Position numbers and translations under genes: made by a program. From Sphingorhabdus sp. (GTDB lineage: Bacteria > Pseudomonadota > Alphaproteobacteria > Sphingomonadales > Sphingomonadaceae), in the NCBI GenBank assembly GCA_051657985.1, contig JBOFLS010000083.1:1358-65357 (forward strand): DNA of 64,000 nt, read 5' to 3'. The notes under the pieces are model-generated. The model had not been told where the DNA came from and did no database searches. It saw nothing but the letters and a program-made list of their open reading frames with translations. Shown piece by piece: positions 40,688-49,354 of the stretch (position 1 is the first letter of the stretch; each line of letters begins with the position of its first letter).

Positions 40688-41586
40688 GAAGCAAACCCCA
40701 AAGGAAGCCCGGCATCGGGGGTGAAGCCATATAACGGTTCGCCCGGTAAGGCCGCGGCAAGGATTTCCCGAACTTTCAGCAATCTCGGCAGGTCGATACC
40801 CGTTTCGATTCCCATCGCCTGCAGCATGAAAACGAGATCCTCCGTCACGATGTTTCCCGATGCCCCGGGCGCAAAAGGACAGCCGCCGATCCCTCCGAGC
40901 GATGCATCGAGTGTCGTGATGCCTTCTTCCAGCCCGGCGAGCGCATTGGCGAGGCCAAGGCCCCGTGTATTATGCAGATGAAGCGTGGTCATCTTATTCG
41001 CACCGACCGCTGCTTTCACCTTGCGGACTAGCCGTTTGACCTGCGCCGGATTGGCATAGCCGGTGGTGTCCGAAAGGCTGAATTCCTGTGCGCCCGCTTC
41101 CGCCGCCGCATCGGCAAGACGCACGACCTGGTCCTCGTTGATCGGTCCTTCCATGGTGCATCCGAAAGCCGTCGACAGCCCAACGGCAAAATGAATTCCT
41201 GCGTCCTTCGCGATCTGTGCCGCCGCGCGGATTTCCTGGAGCATCGCCGAATGGTCCTTGCGCACATTCTTGATGCTGTGCGTTTCCGACATGGAAAAGG
41301 GCATTGACATGCCGTCTACGCCAGCGTCCACCGCGCGCAGCGCGCCCTTTGCATTTGGAATCAAGGTGACCACGGTCAGACCGGGTAATGTCTTGGCAAA
41401 GGCCACAATGTCTGCGGTATCCGCCATTTGCGGAAGCAACGAAGGTGGCACGAAGCTTCCGACCTCAATCTCTCGCACCCCTGCTTCAGCTTCGGCCCTG
41501 ACCCACGCCTTTTTCGCCTCCAGCGGCATGATCCGCTGCGTCGATTGCAGACCATCGCGCGGGCCGACTTCGGAAATCAGAATCAT
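40684..41586 (-). CDS. HMG-CoA lyase family (DRE-TIM) acyl-CoA lyase
   Basis: EVGPRDGLQ, LSDTTG, HLHNTRG and GGCPFAPGASGN motifs. The start ATG 41586 overlaps the upstream stop. Confidence 0.9.
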   Translation of the reverse strand: MILISEVGPRDGLQSTQRIMPLEAKKAWVRAEAEAGVREIEVGSFVPPSLLPQMADTADIVAFAKTLPGLTVVTLIPNAKGALRAVDAGVDGMSMPFSMSETHSIKNVRKDHSAMLQEIRAAAQIAKDAGIHFAVGLSTAFGCTMEGPINEDQVVRLADAAAEAGAQEFSLSDTTGYANPAQVKRLVRKVKAAVGANKMTTLHLHNTRGLGLANALAGLEEGITTLDASLGGIGGCPFAPGASGNIVTEDLVFMLQAMGIETGIDLPRLLKVREILAAALPGEPLYGFTPDAGLPLGFAS

Positions 41587-42164
41587 AGATACACCCATGG
41601 GCGCTTTGCCGTGTCTTGCGCTTGCCAAGCGGAGATGGCGTCACGGTGTTTAAGGGTCAAGTCGACAGCATCAAGGCCCTCGAGCAGCATTAATTTCGTT
41701 TCAGCCTCTATGTCGAAATGAGGATCGTCCACCTTTTGCTTGTTCAGATCAACCGTGACGATGGCGCCTATGATCGAACGGATTGCCTTTTTGCCAAGCA
41801 CAACCGGCAACAGGCCGTTGCGAATGCAATTGTTGTAGAAGATAGGCGCGAAGCTTTCGGCGATCACGCAGTCGATACCATATTCCCTGAGCGCCCAGAC
41901 GGCATGCTCGCGACTTGATCCGCAACCAAAATTCGCGCCGGACAGCAATATGCGGGCTTCGACAAAGTCACGCCGATTCAGAATGAATTCGGGATTGCGC
42001 ACGCGTGTATCGACGTCGGTATAGCGCCAGGGCGCGAACAGACCGTCGGCGAGGCCGGTCTTGCCAGTCGACTTCATCTCGCGCGAGGGGATGATTGTGT
42101 CGGTATCGATATTGTCGAGGATCAGCGGTGCGGCGACGCTGGTGAGAGTGGCGAACGGTTTCAT
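41583..42164 (-). CDS. LeuD-like hydratase/isomerase small subunit
   Basis: NIDTDTIIP, NFGCGSSREHAVWAL and FAPIFYNNC..NG motifs. Confidence 0.92.
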   Translation of the reverse strand: MKPFATLTSVAAPLILDNIDTDTIIPSREMKSTGKTGLADGLFAPWRYTDVDTRVRNPEFILNRRDFVEARILLSGANFGCGSSREHAVWALREYGIDCVIAESFAPIFYNNCIRNGLLPVVLGKKAIRSIIGAIVTVDLNKQKVDDPHFDIEAETKLMLLEGLDAVDLTLKHRDAISAWQAQDTAKRPWVYL

Positions 42165-43525
42165 GGTGCGGTAATTCTGCCTGCAATGGCGCTGGCCGCA
42201 ACAACCTCGGGGCTGGCAATGTGCGTGCGAATGCCCGGACCCTGTCGTCCTTCGAAATTGCGGTTGGTGGAGGAGATTACCCGGCTTCCGGGCGGGAAAC
42301 TTTCACCGCCTGCATAGAAGCACAGCGAGCAGCCGCTTTCCCGCCATTGAAAGCCGGCATCGATGAAAATACGATCCAGCCCTTCGGATTCTGCCGCGCG
42401 CTTGACCGCAGTGGAGCCGGGGACAACCAACGCCAAAATGCCTTCCGCGATCTTCCTGCCCTTCACGATTTCAGCCGCACGGCGAAGATCGGAAACGCGG
42501 CTGTTGGTGCAACTGCCGATAAAAGCGACGTCGATCGGCAACCCGGCAAGGGGCTGACCGGCTTGCAAACCCATATATTCAACAGCGCGAAGGACTGTCC
42601 CTTTGGGGACAGTCCCCAAAGGGACAGTCCCTAAGATTGGGATGCTTTGTTCGGGCGAGGTGCCCCAACTGACCATAGGCGTAAGCTTACCGGCATCGAT
42701 GACAATTTCCCGATCGAAAACGGCGTCTTCATCGGTAGCAAGATCGTCCCAGTCGGGCAGGGGGTCGGGTGCGTAACGTCGACCTTTGAGATAAGCGAGG
42801 GTCTTGGCATCGGGCGCGATGATCCCGCTAAAGGCGCTGAATTCGGTCGCCATATTGCACAGCGTCATCCGTGCTTCCATGTCTAGCGCCCGGACGGCTC
42901 CGCCTGCGAACTCAAGAATATGTCCCTTGCCGCCACCTGCACCTTCTTGTGCAATCAGCGTCAGGATCATATCCTTGGCGGTGACGCCCCCGGGCAGAAT
43001 ACCATCGAACATGACACGCATCGTTCTTGGCTTTGTCACCCGCAACGTCCCGGTCGCCATCGCATGTTCGGCCTCAGACGACCCAATCCCCCAGGCAAGC
43101 GCGCCAAACGCACCTTGCGTACACGTATGACTGTCGGGCGCAATCAGGGTAAGCCCTGGTAACACGATGCCCAGTTCGGGCGAAATGACATGGGTTATGC
43201 CCTGATCGGGATCGTTCACATCGAACAAAGTGATCCCCGCCTGATGGCAGGCGGCGCGGGTTTCGGTAATAAAGGCTTCGCCGCCCTGCATCGGGGTATC
43301 ATCCCCGCGACCGGGCCTGGTATCGACGATATGATCCATGACGGCAAAGACCCGCGCCGGATCGACGACCTTGCGACCGGCTTCCGCCATCGATTTCAGC
43401 GCCGCCGCCCCGGTGCGTTCGTGTAGGAAGATGCGGTCGATCGCGATCAACGCATTTTCCTGCCCCAGGTCGGCAACGACATGGGTATCCCAGATTTTAT
43501 CGAAAAGGGTGCGCGGAAAATTCAG
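42161..43525 (-). CDS. LeuC-like [4Fe-4S] hydratase/isomerase large subunit, probably CTG-initiated
   Basis: DSHTCT.GAFG, FIGSCTN, GCSLC and STNRNFEGRQG motifs. The frame extends upstream of the ORF-track start through conserved PRTLFDKIWDTHVV. The only plausible start is CTG 43525, 6 nt after GGAGG. Confidence 0.88.
   Translation of the reverse strand: MNFPRTLFDKIWDTHVVADLGQENALIAIDRIFLHERTGAAALKSMAEAGRKVVDPARVFAVMDHIVDTRPGRGDDTPMQGGEAFITETRAACHQAGITLFDVNDPDQGITHVISPELGIVLPGLTLIAPDSHTCTQGAFGALAWGIGSSEAEHAMATGTLRVTKPRTMRVMFDGILPGGVTAKDMILTLIAQEGAGGGKGHILEFAGGAVRALDMEARMTLCNMATEFSAFSGIIAPDAKTLAYLKGRRYAPDPLPDWDDLATDEDAVFDREIVIDAGKLTPMVSWGTSPEQSIPILGTVPLGTVPKGTVLRAVEYMGLQAGQPLAGLPIDVAFIGSCTNSRVSDLRRAAEIVKGRKIAEGILALVVPGSTAVKRAAESEGLDRIFIDAGFQWRESGCSLCFYAGGESFPPGSRVISSTNRNFEGRQGPGIRTHIASPEVVAASAIAGRITAP
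42592..42630. repeat. Perfect 39-nt palindrome inside the LeuC-like gene
   Basis: ggactgtccctttggggac-a-gtccccaaagggacagtcc has 19-bp perfect arms. It encodes the GTVP-L-GTVP-K-GTV triplication. Confidence 0.9.
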
Positions 43526-43526
43526 A

Positions 43527-44015
43527 TCAGGCCTCCAGACTGCGCCAGTCTCTACTCACAAGCGTTTCCTGGATTGCGGTGCGCGTTTCGAGCTTGCCGT
43601 TCCTGATCCAGTGCCAGGTGCGGCAGCGGCTTTGCCCATCATCGGCAAGCTGGATCATCTCGTACAGATAAAGCGACGGATCGCCCTGCCGCTGCCAGTA
43701 GAGCATCACGGTGCGGTTATATTCGTCCAGCCCAACTTCTGCGGCCCAGCCGACGATCAACTCGTTATCCCACCATATCCGCTTGTCTCTATATTCGGCT
43801 GGAAAATCGCGGATGTCGGTGCGGCCGTCATCCCATGTGTAGTGATTGGTCTGGTGATAGGGGTGGGGTCCGCTATCAGGAAAGCGGCAGAACAAGCGCG
43901 ATTTATGCTGATCGATCTGTTCGTCCTTATCGTTGAAATAGGTATAGACGCCGTCCCAGACACCTTCATGGCGGGCAAGCAGCGGCATATCTTCGCGGAT
44001 CGACATGATGTTCAT
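43527..44015 (-). CDS. Hypothetical aromatic-rich beta-barrel-like protein (DUF3598/lipocalin-like, tentative)
   Basis: Translationally coupled in the operon; HEG.W.G.Y N-terminus, many Trp/Tyr and alternating strand pattern. The family name is from recall only. Confidence 0.6.
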   Translation of the reverse strand: MNIMSIREDMPLLARHEGVWDGVYTYFNDKDEQIDQHKSRLFCRFPDSGPHPYHQTNHYTWDDGRTDIRDFPAEYRDKRIWWDNELIVGWAAEVGLDEYNRTVMLYWQRQGDPSLYLYEMIQLADDGQSRCRTWHWIRNGKLETRTAIQETLVSRDWRSLEA

Positions 44016-45391
44016 TCTCCTCGGGTGCTAAGGGCAATATGAAAGGCTTTGGCTGCCGTCGCCTTGAGCAGCGCGCGGTGCTCGCGGGCGAGCCTTTCGG
44101 CAGTAATCATCGCAGGATCGAAATCGATCGCATGCTCTGCATCGGCTTCGTACCAGGGGGCAAAGAAATGACGCGCGCGAACGATATTCCATGCCTTGTT
44201 CAAATAGGTCCCATGCCGATTTGGCGAAAGGTCTGGAAAAAGTAAGGAAGGGTCGCCTTGGTGGTGATGTTGTTCAATCACTATGGCGGTTGAACCCCTT
44301 TCCTTGGCAACAACGTCAAAAACGGCTTGCCATGCGTGCCAATCTGTTGGTGCTTTACCGTTCCAATCATCAGACAGGCCATGACCTGGCGGATCCATGA
44401 CAAAAGCCGATTGTTCGAACATATCTAACGAGCGTCCTGGCGCGGGGATATGCATCGTCTCGCCGCCGCTTGAGCCGCGCCAATGGATAAGGCCGTCGAA
44501 GAGATCGGTCTGTACATGGAGAAATTGCGAATCTTGATCCTCGGCAAAGACTGCAACTTCCGGTCCGGCATGGGCCTTTAAAAAAGCGCGGCTCCGCTCT
44601 TCCAATTCCTGGGGCGTCGCCACTTTACACGCTTCCCAGTTTGCAGGCATTTGACCTAGCCGGTCGATATGCGCTTGCAGCGGATCGCCATCATAAGCGC
44701 TGATCATCACCGGCGGCGTCCTGGCACCAGCTAGAGGAATGTCGCGTGACGCGCGCAAGACCGCGCCATAGCCAAGCCGATAGGCATCGCCACTGTCGAG
44801 CATTTCCATAACGATCGCGTGCACCTTTGCCGGATCGGCATGAGGATGCGATAACCGTGCAGCCGGTCTTATATCGAACCACGGGAAAAACCAGCTTTGT
44901 TCCAGGATACGGTTCCACAGCCAAGTCAGATGTTCGCCATAAAGCGATGGCTGGAAAGGCGGCAGATAGGCTTCACCGAAGATCGCCATTTCCTCCGGCG
45001 TCCAGATCGCATAGCCTCCGACGGCAAGGCCGGTGAACAGTTCCGGATGGCGCTTCAAGGCGGTTACCAGAATGATCCCGCCCGAATGGAAGCCGTAAGC
45101 CAAGGTTCGTTCGATTCTGATCGCACGGACGAATTCGACAACCGCATCGGCATAGTCGTTTATGTCGGGATCGGCTCCATTGGCTTTTGAGGGCAGCGGA
45201 TGCGATTGGCCAAAGCCCGGCGTGTCGGGCGCAATGCAAGTGAAATGTTCGCCCCATTCCAGCATAAGCATGGCATATTCGGCTGATGATCGTGGACTTT
45301 GGTGTACCATGATCAACGGCGGTCCCTTGCCGCAGCGGCGGTAATGGACTTGTCGGCCATCAATTGTCAGATAGTGACGCGTAATCTGCAT
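44012..45391 (-). CDS. Alpha/beta-hydrolase-fold protein, two-domain, non-canonical elbow
   Basis: VHYRRCG.G.PL..VHQSP and APDTPGFGQS motifs, elbow YGFHSGG, and a degenerate second domain with MDPPGHGLSD. Start placed at ATG 45391. Confidence 0.8.
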   Translation of the reverse strand: MQITRHYLTIDGRQVHYRRCGKGPPLIMVHQSPRSSAEYAMLMLEWGEHFTCIAPDTPGFGQSHPLPSKANGADPDINDYADAVVEFVRAIRIERTLAYGFHSGGIILVTALKRHPELFTGLAVGGYAIWTPEEMAIFGEAYLPPFQPSLYGEHLTWLWNRILEQSWFFPWFDIRPAARLSHPHADPAKVHAIVMEMLDSGDAYRLGYGAVLRASRDIPLAGARTPPVMISAYDGDPLQAHIDRLGQMPANWEACKVATPQELEERSRAFLKAHAGPEVAVFAEDQDSQFLHVQTDLFDGLIHWRGSSGGETMHIPAPGRSLDMFEQSAFVMDPPGHGLSDDWNGKAPTDWHAWQAVFDVVAKERGSTAIVIEQHHHQGDPSLLFPDLSPNRHGTYLNKAWNIVRARHFFAPWYEADAEHAIDFDPAMITAERLAREHRALLKATAAKAFHIALSTRGE

Positions 45392-45397
45392 GCTGCG

Positions 45398-45417
45398 AAA
45401 GTTGTCCGGACAAATTT
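45398..45417. promoter_or_regulatory. Palindromic operator, copy 1
   Basis: aaagTTGTCCGGACAAattt in the 84-bp divergent promoter region between the hydrolase and isochorismatase operons. Confidence 0.8.
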
Positions 45418-45475
45418 TGCTCGACAAGCCTGTACGTCCAAGTCAAAAGCGATGCAAGCTATGGAAGGAAAATTA

Positions 45476-46156
45476 ATGAACGTCGTCGGTACCAAAATGG
45501 TCAGCGATGGAAAGACCGCCAGGCAGATATTCGAGGAAGTGATAGCCAATCCGGCGCGCAAAAAGTTCGGGTTCGGAGAAAAACTGGCGATCATCAATGT
45601 CGATTTCCAGCAGGCCTATACGCGGACGGACATGTTCGTGACCGCCTATGAAACCGATCCGCGGCAGATCGAATATGCCAATAGCATCTCCCGATTGGCG
45701 CGGGCAAAAGGCATGCCGGTAGTCTGGACTCGTGTTGCTTATATGGACAATGCGGATGACGCCGGTGTTTGGGGAACGCGCACCAATATGCCCGATAGCC
45801 TGCAGAATATCAAATACGGGTCCGACCGCCATGCTTATGATCCGCGATGCGAGATCGATGCGAACGATCTGCAATATACCAAACGCATGCCGAGCGCGTT
45901 TTTCGAAACGCAGTTGGCGAGCTATCTGGTTTGGCACAAGGTCGATACCGTCGTGGTGACCGGTGGCAGCACGTCGGGCTGCGTTCGTGCAACCGCAGTG
46001 GATGCTCTCTCGCATGGCTATCGCACGATTGTGCCGATCGAAACCTGCGCAGACAAGCATGAGAGCTACCATTTCGCCAATCTGACCGACCTGCAGTTAA
46101 AATATGCCGATGTCGAACCGGTGCAAGCAGTGATCGACTGGCTGGAGGCGCGCTGA
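45476..46156 (+). CDS. Isochorismatase-family cysteine amidohydrolase (NicF / N-carbamoylsarcosine amidase-like)
   Basis: Asp-Lys-Cys triad in INVDFQ, YTKRMPSAF and GSTSGCVRAT. Start ATG 45476 with GGAAGGA RBS. Confidence 0.88.
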   Translation: MNVVGTKMVSDGKTARQIFEEVIANPARKKFGFGEKLAIINVDFQQAYTRTDMFVTAYETDPRQIEYANSISRLARAKGMPVVWTRVAYMDNADDAGVWGTRTNMPDSLQNIKYGSDRHAYDPRCEIDANDLQYTKRMPSAFFETQLASYLVWHKVDTVVVTGGSTSGCVRATAVDALSHGYRTIVPIETCADKHESYHFANLTDLQLKYADVEPVQAVIDWLEAR

Positions 46157-47031
46157 TGCAGGAGCGCAGCGCCGACCCCGGACTATATGATTATTCTTCC
46201 TATCGTGGTCGCAAGAAAATCACTTGGCCAGGCGGAAAGGCTGTTGCTGTCTGGATTGCGCCAAATCTGGAATATTATGAAATCAATCCCCCCGCGCATC
46301 CCAAGCGAAAGGCCTGGGGGCGTCCGCATCCCGATGTCGTAGGTTGGTCGCATCGCGATCATTCGAACCGGGTTTCGCATTGGCGGATGGCCGATGTTAT
46401 GACCAGGCATGGCTTTCCGGGATCGGTTTCGCTTTCGGTCGCGCTTTGCCAACATCATCCAGAAGTGGTTGCCGATGCCGATGCCCGTGGCTGGGAATTC
46501 TTCAGTCATGGTATCTATAATACGCGTTATGCTTATGATATGTCGGAGGAACAGGAGCGGTCGATTATTGAAGATTCGATCGCAACGGTGCGTGAATGCA
46601 CCGGCCAGACAATCCGTGGCTGGCTTGCCCCCGCGCTGACGCACACCCCGCGCACGCTCGATCTGATCGCTGAATATGGTCTCGATTATACCTGCGATCT
46701 GTATCATGACGATCAAGTGCAGTCGGTAAAGACCAAGTCGGGCGAGCTGGTTTCGATCCCCTACAGTCTGGAAGTCAACGACCACTACGGCTTCTTCGTC
46801 TACAACATGTCGGGCCGCGAATATGCCGACACGCTGATCCGGCAATTCGAACGACTGGCAACCGAGGGTGAGGCTTCGGGCACGGTCATGTGCATCCCGC
46901 TGCATGCCTATCTTATCGGGCAGCCGCACCGCATCGGCCCGTTCGAGCAGGCCCTGAAGCATATCGCCGCCGATGGTCGTGCCTGGATTGCGACGGCAGG
47001 GCAAATCGTCGATGCGTGGAAGGCACAGTAA
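46156..47031 (+). CDS. Polysaccharide-deacetylase-fold hydrolase 1 (PuuE-like)
   Basis: ITWPGGKAVAVW..PNLEY, RD.SNRV, SHG and RGWLAP motifs; IPYSLEVND; HAYLIGQPHRI. Confidence 0.82.
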   Translation: MQERSADPGLYDYSSYRGRKKITWPGGKAVAVWIAPNLEYYEINPPAHPKRKAWGRPHPDVVGWSHRDHSNRVSHWRMADVMTRHGFPGSVSLSVALCQHHPEVVADADARGWEFFSHGIYNTRYAYDMSEEQERSIIEDSIATVRECTGQTIRGWLAPALTHTPRTLDLIAEYGLDYTCDLYHDDQVQSVKTKSGELVSIPYSLEVNDHYGFFVYNMSGREYADTLIRQFERLATEGEASGTVMCIPLHAYLIGQPHRIGPFEQALKHIAADGRAWIATAGQIVDAWKAQ

Positions 47032-47936
47032 TGACGCTCGATCCCACCTATCTTCAATATTCCAACCGCCGCCATGGGTACGATCACGACCTGTTCGAAT
47101 GGACGGCAATCCACGATCGCAAACCCGTCGTCTGGCCCGGCGGGAAGTCGGTCGCAATATGGCTGTGCGTCAGTCTAGAATGGTTCCCTATCACTCCTAA
47201 CGATACACCCTTTCGCGCGCCGGGGCATATGCAGACCGCCTATCCCGATTATCGTCATTACACCGCACGCGATTATGGCAACCGGGTGGGTGTCTATCGG
47301 CTGCTCGATGCCTTCGCAAAAGTCGGAACCAAGGCAAGTTTCGCCACCAACAGCGCGATTGCGGAACGCTACCCTGCACTGATTGCCGACATTGTGCATG
47401 ACGGTCATGAAATTATCGCGCATTCGACCGATATGAACGGGACGATTGCGACCGGCATAGCTGTCGAGGAGGAGCGCAGGCTGATCGGCAGTTCGCTTGA
47501 CACATTTGAAAGTATAACGGGCAAGCGCCCCCAGGGCTGGTTGTCGATCGCCCGATCGCAAAGCTGGAATACGCCTGATCTGCTTAAAAAGGCCGGAGTG
47601 CGCTATTGCTGCGACTGGGTGAATGATGAACTGCCCTGGCGTTTCAAAAATGGCTTGATCAACCTGCCCTTGAACCACGAACTGAGCGATCGACAGATCA
47701 TCACCGTGCAGCAGCAATCGGCGGACAGCTATGCGCAATCGATGCGCGATGCGTTCGACTGGCTGGCCGGCGAAGCGACCGGTAGAATATTGCCGATGCA
47801 CCTGACGCCTTACATCATGGCCTTACCTTACCGTATCGATGCGCTTGAGGATTTGCTGGTGGATCTAGCCGGTCGTCAACAGGCTTGGGTCGCAACCGGG
47901 GCCGATATCGTCGATGCGTGGGAGGCGCAAATATGA
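47031..47936 (+). CDS. Polysaccharide-deacetylase-fold hydrolase 2 (PuuE-like paralogue)
   Basis: VVWPGGKSVAIW...SLEW, RDYGNRVG and GWLS motifs; LPLNHELSD; HLTPYIM..PYRI. The start ATG 47031 overlaps the upstream TAA. Confidence 0.82.
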   Translation: MTLDPTYLQYSNRRHGYDHDLFEWTAIHDRKPVVWPGGKSVAIWLCVSLEWFPITPNDTPFRAPGHMQTAYPDYRHYTARDYGNRVGVYRLLDAFAKVGTKASFATNSAIAERYPALIADIVHDGHEIIAHSTDMNGTIATGIAVEEERRLIGSSLDTFESITGKRPQGWLSIARSQSWNTPDLLKKAGVRYCCDWVNDELPWRFKNGLINLPLNHELSDRQIITVQQQSADSYAQSMRDAFDWLAGEATGRILPMHLTPYIMALPYRIDALEDLLVDLAGRQQAWVATGADIVDAWEAQI

Positions 47937-49354
47937 AGGTTCGAAACCCCCGTACCGGCGAATATGATTATGAAATCAAGCCTGCGGGTGCAGAGGATGT
48001 CGCGGCGACTGCACAGCGCCTGCGCGCTGCGCAACCCGCTTGGCAAAGCCTTGGTCCCCAAGGACGGGCCGATGTGCTTGAACGCTTTGCACAGGCGATC
48101 GAGCGTCATGCGCAGACGATCGTTGATTCGCTTACTATCGATACCGGCCGCCGGTCGGTGTCCTGGATCGAAGTCGAAGGGTTGCCGCGTACGATCCGCC
48201 GCTGGGCCGCGCGCGGGCAGGAGCTTATGAATGCGTTCGATGCGACCGAACGGCCATCGGCAACGCCGGGCATCATGCTTAAAGAGGAATACATTCCCTA
48301 TTCGCTGTTTGGAGCGATTGCGCCTTGGAACTTTCCGGTCATCCTTAGCCATATCGATGCCATTCCGGCATTGATGGCGGGCTGTGCGGCACTGGTAAAG
48401 CCAAGCGAGGTTACGCCGCGCTTCATTGCGCCGATGCGCGCCGCGCTTGCCGAGGTGCCCGAACTCGAGGCCGTCTTCGCCTATGTTGAGGGCGGTGCGG
48501 AAACCGGACAGGCGTTGATCGAAGCTGTCGATTATGTCTGCTTCACGGGTTCGACCGATACCGGGCGCAAGGTGGCCGAGGCTGCAGCTCGTGCATTGAT
48601 CCCCGCCAATCTGGAACTGGGCGGCAAAGATCCGATGATTATCCTTTCCAGTGCCGATCCTATCCAGGCCGCGCAAGTGGCTTTGCGGGCAAGCGTCGTT
48701 GCCACAGGCCAAGCCTGCCAGTCGATCGAGCGCATCTATGTGGCGCGCGAAATTGCTGCGCTATTTATGGACGCGCTGGTGCATGCCGCATCCGAAGTGC
48801 GTCTGACCTACCCCGATATCGGATCGGGCGATCTTGGGCCCTTTATCTTTGCAGCCCAAGCCGACAAGATTGCCGAGCAGTTGAACGACGCCGTCGCCAA
48901 GGGCGCACGCATTCTGACGGGCGGTAGTGTCGAAACACTTGGCGGCGGCAGATATCTACGCCCTACCGTCATCGTCGATGTAAAGCCCGACATGGCGTTG
49001 ATTGCCGAGGAGACATTCGGCCCGATCCTTCCGGTGACGATATTCGACAATGTCGACGAGGCTGTAATGCTGGCCAATGACAGTCGCTATGGCCTGTCTG
49101 CTGCGGTGCTGGCGGGAACGCTTGAAGAGGCGGAGGCGGTGGGCGTGCGCCTGGAAGCGGGTGCGGTATCGCTGAATGACGGCGCGCTGACCTCGATGGT
49201 ATGGGATGCAACCAACAGTTCGATGAAGGCATCGGGGTTAGGGCCTTCGCGGATGGGCGATGAGGGGATGCTGCGTTTCTTTCGGCGGCAGGCACTGATC
49301 AAGCAAACCGGACAGCCCCTGCCGCTCGCGGCCTATGCGGAAAGAGTGACATGA
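47933..49354 (+). CDS. Aldehyde dehydrogenase
   Basis: PWNFP, KPSE.TP, FTGST.TG, LELGGKDP, catalytic GQAC and EETFGP motifs. Start placed at ATG 47933. Confidence 0.93.
   Translation: MKVRNPRTGEYDYEIKPAGAEDVAATAQRLRAAQPAWQSLGPQGRADVLERFAQAIERHAQTIVDSLTIDTGRRSVSWIEVEGLPRTIRRWAARGQELMNAFDATERPSATPGIMLKEEYIPYSLFGAIAPWNFPVILSHIDAIPALMAGCAALVKPSEVTPRFIAPMRAALAEVPELEAVFAYVEGGAETGQALIEAVDYVCFTGSTDTGRKVAEAAARALIPANLELGGKDPMIILSSADPIQAAQVALRASVVATGQACQSIERIYVAREIAALFMDALVHAASEVRLTYPDIGSGDLGPFIFAAQADKIAEQLNDAVAKGARILTGGSVETLGGGRYLRPTVIVDVKPDMALIAEETFGPILPVTIFDNVDEAVMLANDSRYGLSAAVLAGTLEEAEAVGVRLEAGAVSLNDGALTSMVWDATNSSMKASGLGPSRMGDEGMLRFFRRQALIKQTGQPLPLAAYAERVT

Noticed and set aside
41583-43525. Labelling the LeuCD-like pair as leucine-biosynthetic leuC/leuD
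   Set aside because: There is no leuA or leuB context, the large subunit is shortened and divergent, and the pair is embedded with a CoA-transferase and lyase, so a catabolic paralogue is more likely.
45430-45441. CTGTACGTCCAA as a second operator in the divergent promoter
   Set aside because: Four mismatches to the core; too weak to call.
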